Below are positions 25,755 to 32,000 of a stretch of DNA of 32,000 nucleotides, piece after piece. The DNA lies in the NCBI GenBank assembly GCA_016196885.1, contig JACPWU010000063.1, positions 1 to 32,000 on the forward strand, read 5' to 3'. Source of the DNA: Chlamydiota bacterium (GTDB taxonomy: Bacteria; Auribacterota; JACPWU01). A program made the translations under genes and the position numbers. Within the stretch, counting starts at the first letter, position 1; every line of letters starts with the position of its first letter. The notes beneath the pieces are model-generated. The model saw only the letters and a list, made by a program, of their open reading frames with translations, was not told the origin of the DNA and made no database searches.

Positions 25755-26654
25755 ATGCAATTCCTACAACAACTCATCAACGGCATCAGCTGGGGAAGCA
25801 TTTATGCCCTGATCGCCTTGGGATACACCATGGTGTATGGGGTTTTGCGCCTGATTAATTTTGCCCATGGCGATATTTACATGCTGGGGGCTATGTTTGG
25901 CTATTATGTGGCGGTCTTTCTCGGTGTGGCCGAACATGCCTCTGGTGTGAGAGTGCTGTCTGTTGTTCTGATCAGCATGCTTGGATGTGGATTGATCGGG
26001 GTCGGCATTGAACGATTTTGCTATCGTCCTTTGAGAAAAGCCCCCCGCCTCGCGGCCTTGATGACGGCTGTTGGAGTCTCTCTTCTTTTGGAAAATGGGG
26101 GACAGTTGATTTTTGGGGCCGATCCTAAATTTTTTCCTCCCCTCATTCACACCCGAGAAATTTTTAGGTTTCACGAAATTGTTCTTAATAACATTCAACT
26201 GATGATCTTTGCGGTTTCTCTCCTTTTGATGTTCCTTCTTCACTGGATTGTGATGAAAACTCGCATGGGAAAGGCCATGCGGGCCGTGTCTTTTAGCCAT
26301 GATGCGGCGGGTTTGGTAGGGATTCCTGTGAATCGGGTGATCAGTTTTACTTTTTTTCTAGGCTCTCTCTTGGCTGCGGCCGCTGGTATTTTGGTGAGTC
26401 TTTCCAATCCCAAAGTGGAGCCTCTCATGGGGATTATGCCGGGGCTGAAGGCTTTTGTGGCCGCGGTATTGGGCGGGATTGGAAACATGATGGGTGCGAT
26501 GATCGGGGGTTTGATCATGGGGATTTCTGAAGTGCTCGTCTCCGGCTACATTTCAAGCACGTATCGAGACGCCTTCGCCTTTTTTATTTTAATTTTTATT
26601 TTGCTTTATAAACCGTCTGGACTTTTGGGGAAGACGGGACCGGAGAAATTATAG
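25755..26654 (+). CDS. livH: branched-chain amino acid ABC transporter permease
   Basis: MQFLQQLINGISWGSIYALIALGYTMVYGVLRLINFAHGD is near-colinear with the E. coli LivH N-terminus. Confidence 0.92.
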   Translation: MQFLQQLINGISWGSIYALIALGYTMVYGVLRLINFAHGDIYMLGAMFGYYVAVFLGVAEHASGVRVLSVVLISMLGCGLIGVGIERFCYRPLRKAPRLAALMTAVGVSLLLENGGQLIFGADPKFFPPLIHTREIFRFHEIVLNNIQLMIFAVSLLLMFLLHWIVMKTRMGKAMRAVSFSHDAAGLVGIPVNRVISFTFFLGSLLAAAAGILVSLSNPKVEPLMGIMPGLKAFVAAVLGGIGNMMGAMIGGLIMGISEVLVSGYISSTYRDAFAFFILIFILLYKPSGLLGKTGPEKL

Positions 26655-26729
26655 CGTTCAGCGTTTAGCGTGCAGCGTACAGAAAAACCAGCATCACTCC
26701 TGTCCGCTATACGCTGTCCGCTGTCCGCT
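26652..26729. repeat. heptamer-array hairpin (AGCGNNN units) between livH and livM
   Basis: agcgttcagcgtttagcgtgcagcgtacag faces ctgtccgctatacgctgtccgctgtccgct. Pairing is mainly through the AGCG/CGCT cores. Confidence 0.7.
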
Positions 26730-26734
26730 AAATT

Positions 26735-27676
26735 ATGAAATCGATTCGACAAGTTCTTTTCTGTGTTGCTATTTTATGCTTTTTTTTCTTTCTCAATCAC
26801 TTCCTCACCCTTTACCTCAATCCCTATTACCTTCAAATCCTTATTTATGCCGGGATCAATGTGATTCTGGCGATCAGTCTTAATTTGGTGAATGCCCAGA
26901 CGGGCCAATTTTCAATGGGGCATGCTGGATTCATGGCGGTGGGGGCCTATGCGAGTGCTTTTTTTACTGATCGGGTGGGACCTCTCCTTCATTCTTTTTT
27001 CACGCACGTGCTCGCGTTCCCGGATTTTTTCTCTTCCTTTTTCATTTTTGGTTTTGCCTTGGTGATTGCGGGGTGCCTCTCGGCGGGTGCGGGCTTTATC
27101 GTAGGGTTACCCGTTTTGAGATTGCGCGGAGATTATTTGGCCATCGCGACGCTTGGGTTTGGCGAAATCATTCGGGTGATGATTTTAAACATGGATGTCG
27201 TGGGTGGGGCACGCGGCTTTACCGACATTCCTATCTATACGAATGTCTTCTGGTTGGGACTCTGTGTTTATGGGACTTGGATGGTGATTGGAAACCTCAT
27301 TCATTCAACGAAGGGCCGAGCCTTTTTAGCCATTCGGGAGGACGAGGTGGCGGCGGAATGCATGGGGATTCACACGACGAAATATAAAGTAGGGGCCTTT
27401 GTGATCGGCGCTTTTTTTGCAGGAGTGGGGGGAGCCCTCTTGGCGCATGAAGTCGGGTATTTGCACACGAATTCTTTTACATTTTTAAGGTCCATTGAAA
27501 TTGTGGTGATGGTAGTGTTGGGTGGGACGAGTCTCGTGGGTTCAGCCCTTGCAGCCATTGTTTTGACTCTTTTACCGGAGGTGTTAAGGTTTTTCAGTGA
27601 ATATCGGATGGTCGTTTATTCATTGGTTTTAATTTTTTTGATGTTGGCCAGGGCTAAAAAATGGAAAAGTACTTAA
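26735..27676 (+). CDS. livM: branched-chain amino acid ABC transporter permease
   Basis: LivM-type membrane protein (GQFSMGHAGFMAVGAY, LRGDYLAIATLGFGEI). 313 aa. Confidence 0.9.
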   Translation: MKSIRQVLFCVAILCFFFFLNHFLTLYLNPYYLQILIYAGINVILAISLNLVNAQTGQFSMGHAGFMAVGAYASAFFTDRVGPLLHSFFTHVLAFPDFFSSFFIFGFALVIAGCLSAGAGFIVGLPVLRLRGDYLAIATLGFGEIIRVMILNMDVVGGARGFTDIPIYTNVFWLGLCVYGTWMVIGNLIHSTKGRAFLAIREDEVAAECMGIHTTKYKVGAFVIGAFFAGVGGALLAHEVGYLHTNSFTFLRSIEIVVMVVLGGTSLVGSALAAIVLTLLPEVLRFFSEYRMVVYSLVLIFLMLARAKKWKST

Positions 27677-27722
27677 GTAAAAAAATCCTTCCTTGCTAAC
27701 TTAAGCACTTAGACACTTAGTT
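27670..27722. repeat. array hairpin (CTTAAGT/CACTTAG family); inverted homologue of 29246-29308
   Basis: cttaagtaaaaaaatccttccttgctaacttaagcacttagacacttag closely matches the reverse complement of 29246-29308. Confidence 0.8.
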
Positions 27723-27734
27723 AGTAATACGCAT

Positions 27735-28508
27735 ATGAACCTCTTAGAACTCAAAAATTGTACTTTATCTTTTGGCGGCTTAACGGCCGTCTCCCATTTA
27801 AATTTGAATGTGAATGAGGGAGAGTTGGTCGGACTTATTGGTCCTAATGGGGCTGGGAAAACAACGGTTTTTAATTTAATGACGGGAATTTACGCGCCGA
27901 GCGGAGGTGATATTTTTTTCAAAGATTCCTCATTGTCCTCCTTAAGGCCTTCTCAAGTTTGCAGGCTCGGAGTGGCCAGAACATTTCAGAATATTCGTCT
28001 TTTTGGAAACATGTCAGTTTTGGACAATGTTCGGGTGGCGCAGTACATTTATTTGAATCGGGGCCTTTGGCGGACGGTCTTAAGAACACGGTCGTTTTAT
28101 GAAGAAGAGGAGCAGGTTTTCAAGAAGGCCAGGGAAATATTGAATTGGGTGGGGCTTTCTCAAGATGAGGCGGATGAGGCGCATAATTTACCCTATGGAA
28201 AACAAAGGCGTTTGGAAATGGCCCGTGCCCTGGCCACTCGGCCACATCTTTTACTTCTGGATGAGCCGGCGGCCGGGATGAACCCTTTCGAAAAAGAAGA
28301 ATTGATGAAATTGATCGAGCGTATTCATCGGGAATTAAAGGTGAGTATTCTTCTGATCGAGCATGATATGAAGGTTGTGATGGGGATTTGCCATCGTGTG
28401 ATGGTGATGGATCATGGCGAAATGATTGCGGAAGGAACCCCCAATGAAGTTCAGAAAAATGCGAAAGTAATAGAGGCGTATTTAGGACAACAAATTAACA
28501 ATTGCTAA
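27735..28508 (+). CDS. livG: branched-chain amino acid ABC transporter ATP-binding protein
   Basis: Walker A GPNGAGKTT, signature LPYGKQRRLEMARAL, Walker B LLLLDEPAAG. Confidence 0.92.
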   Translation: MNLLELKNCTLSFGGLTAVSHLNLNVNEGELVGLIGPNGAGKTTVFNLMTGIYAPSGGDIFFKDSSLSSLRPSQVCRLGVARTFQNIRLFGNMSVLDNVRVAQYIYLNRGLWRTVLRTRSFYEEEEQVFKKAREILNWVGLSQDEADEAHNLPYGKQRRLEMARALATRPHLLLLDEPAAGMNPFEKEELMKLIERIHRELKVSILLIEHDMKVVMGICHRVMVMDHGEMIAEGTPNEVQKNAKVIEAYLGQQINNC

Positions 28509-28526
28509 TTATCAATTATTTTTCTT

Positions 28527-29243
28527 ATGCTAAAAATCAACAACTTAATCGTCTCATACGGCAACATCAAGGCCCTTCAAGGAGTTTCCCTTGAAGTAAA
28601 AGAAGGGGAAATTGTGACTTTGATCGGAGCCAATGGGGCAGGGAAGACCACTCTTTTAAAGACGATTTCGGGATTGATTGCGCCCGTTTCGGGAACGATT
28701 TATTATTCTAAAAATGAAAAAAATAGTTCTTTAAATCATATGGCTCCCCATGAAATTGTGAGGCTGGGTGTATCTCAAGTCCCGGAAGGGAGAATGGTTT
28801 TTGCGAATTTGTCCGTGGCTGAAAATTTAGATTTAGGGGCTTTTTTGAGAAGGGATGCGCGTGAAGTTAGAGAAAGTCTTGATAAAGCCTTTCAACTTTT
28901 TCCAAGATTGAAAGAGCGAGTGACCCAAAATGCAGGTACTTTAAGCGGAGGAGAGCAGCAAATGCTTGCCATTGCCCGTGCTTTAATGGCAAAGCCCAAA
29001 CTCCTTTTAATGGATGAACCTTCATTGGGTCTTGCACCCATTTTGGTAAAAGAAATTTTTGAAACCATTCGAAAAATCAATCAAGAAGGTCTAAGCATTT
29101 TACTCGTAGAGCAAAATGCGCATCTTGCATTGCAATTGGCCCATCGGGCGTATGTATTAGAGACAGGTAAAATTGTTCTTGAAGGTCCTGCACGTGAGTT
29201 GGCTATGAATGAAGAGGTGAAGAAGGCGTATTTGGGGGCGTGA
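28527..29243 (+). CDS. livF: branched-chain amino acid ABC transporter ATP-binding protein
   Basis: Walker A GANGAGKTT, signature LSGGEQQMLAIARAL, Walker B LLLMDEPSLG. Confidence 0.92.
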   Translation: MLKINNLIVSYGNIKALQGVSLEVKEGEIVTLIGANGAGKTTLLKTISGLIAPVSGTIYYSKNEKNSSLNHMAPHEIVRLGVSQVPEGRMVFANLSVAENLDLGAFLRRDAREVRESLDKAFQLFPRLKERVTQNAGTLSGGEQQMLAIARALMAKPKLLLMDEPSLGLAPILVKEIFETIRKINQEGLSILLVEQNAHLALQLAHRAYVLETGKIVLEGPARELAMNEEVKKAYLGA

Positions 29244-29244
29244 T

Positions 29245-29328
29245 TAAATGTCTAAGTGCTTAAGTGTCTAAGTGATTAAGTTATAAGGAAGGATTTGTTT
29301 TTACTTAAGCACTTGGTTACGCACTTAT
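29245..29328. repeat. octamer-array hairpin (CTAAGTG/CTTAAGTG units) between convergent livF and the hybrid kinase
   Basis: gtctaagtgcttaagtgtctaagtgattaagt pairs with acttaagcacttggttacgcactt. Loop tataaggaaggatttgttttt. TAA recurs every 8 nt. Confidence 0.85.
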
Positions 29329-30488
29329 TACCTGGGAATCTCCACACAAAAAACACTTCCGCCTTCTGGATTGTCTTCAATCCAGACCTTGCCCTGATGG
29401 AGTTCAACAAGGCGTTTAACGATGGCAAGTCCCAGGCCGGTTCCTTTAATCCCAAGTCTATCTGCCCTTTGAAAGCGTGTGAAGAGTTTAGGTTTGACAT
29501 CTTTGGGGATTCCACATCCCCAGTCCTTGACATAGATTTTCAACAGGGGTCCTTCCTCCGTAAGACCCACCTCAACCTTTTTGCTCTCCGGAGAATATTT
29601 GATGGCATTGCTGACGAGATTGGAAAAAACATTTTCGATCATCGAATGGGCCATGCAGAAAATGTCTTCGACTGCCCTCAGTTCTACTGTTATTTTCTTT
29701 TCTTTAGCTTGGACTTGAAAGTTATGAACAACATTTCTGAGAATCTCCGTGAGACTTATTTTTTTTCGGGTTAATTTTTGGACATCCTCCAGTTTTGCAT
29801 AAACTTGAGCACCCATGATCATCTCTGTGATTTTGTTGATGCTTTGATCAATGGCCAAAAGCGATTGTTTGTCTTCCTCTTTCTTTGAAGTGTCTTTCAG
29901 GAGTTGAGCAGCCTGCTTGATGACGGCCAGGGGATTCATGAGGTCATGACGCATAATGTCCATAAATAAATCTTTTAAGTGATTGGCTCCTTCTAGTTTT
30001 GTGGAATATTGTTTCAGAACTTCTTGGTGACGCTTTCGCTCGATGGCGTAGCGTAAGGTGCGTAGAAGCATGTGTGCATCAATCTTTCCCTTAATCAAAT
30101 AATCTTGTGCCCCTTGACGCAAGGCTTCCGCGGCCCATTGCTCTTCTTCAAAACTTCCCGTCATGATCACAATGGGGAGAGAAGGCGCATTTTTTTGAAG
30201 CTCAAGAAAAGTATCCAGCATGTGGCTGTCAGGAAGATTGAGATCTGATAAAACGACGTCTATGTTTCCAGTATGGAGACAAGCTAAGGCCTTTTTGAGT
30301 TCGTCTACCCAATGAAGGGATAGATCGTGAATATCCGCTTCGGTGAGCATTTCCTGGAGGAAACGAGCGTCTCCTGGATTGTCTTCAACCAAGAGAACCT
30401 GCAAGGGTTTTTCAGGCATAAGTACTCTCAAGTTATTCTCGAAACTACCTCCTGCCGTCATCCCCGAGTGCACTTGTCGGGGATCCAT
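29328..30488 (-). CDS. hybrid response regulator / histidine kinase (REC - HisKA - HATPase)
   Basis: REC: VLLVEDNPGD...VVLSDLNLPD...LIKGK. H-box RHDLMNPLAVI. G-box GTGLGLAIVKRLV. Start uncertain (ATG at 30488, 30461 or 30419). Confidence 0.88.
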   Translation of the reverse strand: MDPRQVHSGMTAGGSFENNLRVLMPEKPLQVLLVEDNPGDARFLQEMLTEADIHDLSLHWVDELKKALACLHTGNIDVVLSDLNLPDSHMLDTFLELQKNAPSLPIVIMTGSFEEEQWAAEALRQGAQDYLIKGKIDAHMLLRTLRYAIERKRHQEVLKQYSTKLEGANHLKDLFMDIMRHDLMNPLAVIKQAAQLLKDTSKKEEDKQSLLAIDQSINKITEMIMGAQVYAKLEDVQKLTRKKISLTEILRNVVHNFQVQAKEKKITVELRAVEDIFCMAHSMIENVFSNLVSNAIKYSPESKKVEVGLTEEGPLLKIYVKDWGCGIPKDVKPKLFTRFQRADRLGIKGTGLGLAIVKRLVELHQGKVWIEDNPEGGSVFCVEIPR

Positions 30489-30518
30489 TTTATTTCAAAA
30501 CTGGATTCCCACTTTATT

Positions 30519-30971
30519 CTAATCCGGAGGCAGTTTCACAACGGTCAGCCAAAAATTTTCAATCGATTGCACCACTTCGATAAATTTTTCAAGATCTACA
30601 GGTTTGGTGATGTAACAGTTGGCATGGAGATTGTAGCTTTTCAAAATGTCTTCTTCGGCTTTAGAGGTCGTTAGGATGACAACAGGGATGCGCTTCAAAT
30701 CCGGATCTTGTTTGACTTCGGCTAACACTTCTCGGCCGTCTTTTTTAGGAAGATTGAGGTCCAGTAGGATAATATCCGGCCTGGGCATATCTTTATGTTT
30801 TCCTTCCTTTCGCAGATAGGCCATGGCCTCAACCCCGTCTTCTACAACATTCATGCGGTTATGGACCTTGGCCTCCTTAAAAGCTTCAACGGTGAGCCTG
30901 ACATTGGCGGGACTGTCTTCAACCAAAAGAATTTCAATGGGTCTTCCGACGATATTTGAGGTACCCATCAT
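30519..30971 (-). CDS. single-domain response regulator (CheY/Rcp1-like receiver)
   Basis: [11 protein letters not shown]...[12 protein letters not shown]...VVILTTS...YITKP. Start taken at ATG 30971 (MMGTSN) because the track start at 31001 lies inside the MITE. Confidence 0.88.
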   Translation of the reverse strand: MMGTSNIVGRPIEILLVEDSPANVRLTVEAFKEAKVHNRMNVVEDGVEAMAYLRKEGKHKDMPRPDIILLDLNLPKKDGREVLAEVKQDPDLKRIPVVILTTSKAEEDILKSYNLHANCYITKPVDLEKFIEVVQSIENFWLTVVKLPPD

Positions 30972-30989
30972 CTTCCCTTTCTCTTTGTT

Positions 30990-31123
30990 AGGCATATGCA
31001 CTTGAGGATTCCCCTAGTAGTCGCCCGATTCATTGGGCAATCCATGCAAGGGGCACAAGGCTGCCCCATAAATGGGGCGACTACAAATTCTTGCTATCTG
31101 AGGGGAATCAAGTGCATATGCCT
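30990..31123. mobile_element. MITE copy 2 (134 bp) with REPIN-like core, inserted between the HK and REC genes
   Basis: Nearly identical to copy 1 by eye. Differences are a GAG insertion in the left TIR, catcggg->cattggg, and ctttc->cttgc. The flanks tctctttgtt and attctttgtt match at 8 of 10 positions (degenerate TSD). Confidence 0.85.
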
Positions 31124-31144
31124 ATTCTTTGTTTTATTCTAACA

Positions 31145-32000
31145 TCATTTTTGAATTGTGAAATAAAAAGTCGAGCCCTGCCCTACTTGGGATTCAACCC
31201 ATATTTTTCCTCCTTGGGACTCAACAATTTTTTTGCAAATGGCAAGTCCGATGCCTGTCCCCTGATATTCACTCTGACTGTGAAGTCTTTGGAAAATCAC
31301 AAAGATGCGGTCATGGTATTGAGGATCAATCCCAATTCCATTGTCTTTGACAGAAAAAAGCCATGCACGATCTTCAGGTTTTGCCGAGATATGGATCTGT
31401 GGAGGTTGATCGCTGCGGTATTTGATTGCGTTCCCAATCAAATTTTGGAGCAGTTGTTTCATTTGTAGTTTTTCTACTTGAATTTGAGGAAGGGGATCGT
31501 GAGAAACGCCTGCTTTGCTTGGGTCAAGCGTTTCCTTAAGATTTAAAAGAATTTCTTCAAGGAGTTTTTCACAATCTACAATTTCTTTTTCTTTTCCACT
31601 TCTTCCAATGCGTGAATACTCCAAAAGGTCATTGATCATCTCATGCATGCGTTGGGCGCCGTCTGTCGCAAAATGAATGAACTCATTGGCATCTTGACCC
31701 AGTTTGTCTTTATAGCGTTTGGCCAAGAGTTGAACATAGCCTGAAACCATTCTCAAAGGTTCTTGAAGGTCATGGGAGGCGACGTAGGCAAATTGTTCAA
31801 GGTCTTGATTGGAGCGCCCCAGCTCTTTGGTTTTTTCGAGAAGAGCCTGCTCTGTCTTTTGATAAACAATCAAATGGTCTTGCAAGTCCTGATTGGCCTT
31901 TTTGAGTGCCCGTGTTCTTTCCGTGACGAGGTCCTCAATGCGGCTTGTTCTACCGGTCAAGATGAGAATGAATGCGCTGAGTAGCAGGGTCAAAACAAGG
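31145..32000 (-). CDS. sensor histidine kinase (HisKA - HATPase), N-terminus beyond window edge
   Basis: H-box ASHDLQEPLRMV. N-box LIGNAIKY. G-boxes DNGIGI and GTGIGLAICKKIV. The frame stays open to position 32000. Confidence 0.88.
   Translation of the reverse strand, partial: LVLTLLLSAFILILTGRTSRIEDLVTERTRALKKANQDLQDHLIVYQKTEQALLEKTKELGRSNQDLEQFAYVASHDLQEPLRMVSGYVQLLAKRYKDKLGQDANEFIHFATDGAQRMHEMINDLLEYSRIGRSGKEKEIVDCEKLLEEILLNLKETLDPSKAGVSHDPLPQIQVEKLQMKQLLQNLIGNAIKYRSDQPPQIHISAKPEDRAWLFSVKDNGIGIDPQYHDRIFVIFQRLHSQSEYQGTGIGLAICKKIVESQGGKIWVESQVGQGSTFYFTIQK

Noticed and set aside
10195-26300. Long antisense ORFs inside well-supported genes (10195..10581-, 18583..19011+, 21097..21621-, 23198..23566-, 23910..24449-, 25764..26300-, and similar)
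   Set aside because: These are shadow ORFs opposite nuoD, the porin, pepA, the kinase and livH. Their compositions are low-complexity or biased, and the sense-strand genes carry clear family motifs.
27723-29245. livG-livF as a programmed invertible segment
   Set aside because: No recombinase is nearby, and inversion would simply inactivate the transporter. The inverted repeats are most simply two insertions of one hairpin family. It is reported as a checkable observation only.
14089-31123. Could the GTAGTCGCCC... palindromic repeats be CRISPR repeats?
   Set aside because: The three copies are dispersed 3.7-13 kb apart rather than arrayed with regular spacers. Two are embedded in TIR-bounded MITEs, and no cas genes are present.

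Overview
Gene-dense, moderately AT-rich bacterial chromosomal window, mostly housekeeping and transport genes. Left to right: a 5'-partial radical-SAM/SPASM gene; a 1013-aa polytopic GT-C-like membrane protein translationally coupled to a GlpD-family flavoprotein, with a convergent GT4 glycosyltransferase; tRNA-Leu(GAG); a small Cys-rich protein divergent from nuoABCDEFGHI (no nuoJ-N follows); a MurC-type ligase and a DUF151 nuclease; an outer-membrane porin; leucyl aminopeptidase; an orphan secreted protein; a PAS histidine kinase; livKHMGF; and three two-component genes (HK, REC, hybrid REC-HK). I see no CRISPR array, cas, transposase, integrase, phage or recognisable defence genes, and I cannot name a clear novel protein-coding system. 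The unusual content is non-coding. (1) Almost every gene boundary carries a long hairpin whose arms are tandem 7-8 nt arrays, and each unit carries a stop codon. The architecture is conserved while the sequence varies. These hairpins occur inside operons and run into gene 3' ends. (2) A 131-134 bp MITE occurs in two copies, with perfect 23-bp terminal inverted repeats and a 10-bp target duplication. Its core is a GTAG-headed REP doublet (REPIN-like), which also occurs alone on the nuoG stop codon. (3) A 19-nt duplication of the tRNA-Leu 3' end brackets a GC-rich structured segment. (4) A GC-rich structured 148-nt spacer sits between nuoE and nuoF. Secondary protein-level oddities are a ~45-aa insertion in NuoD, a short NuoG, and the GT-C/GlpD-like coupling. 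All functional calls rest on motif recognition by eye; no searches were run.
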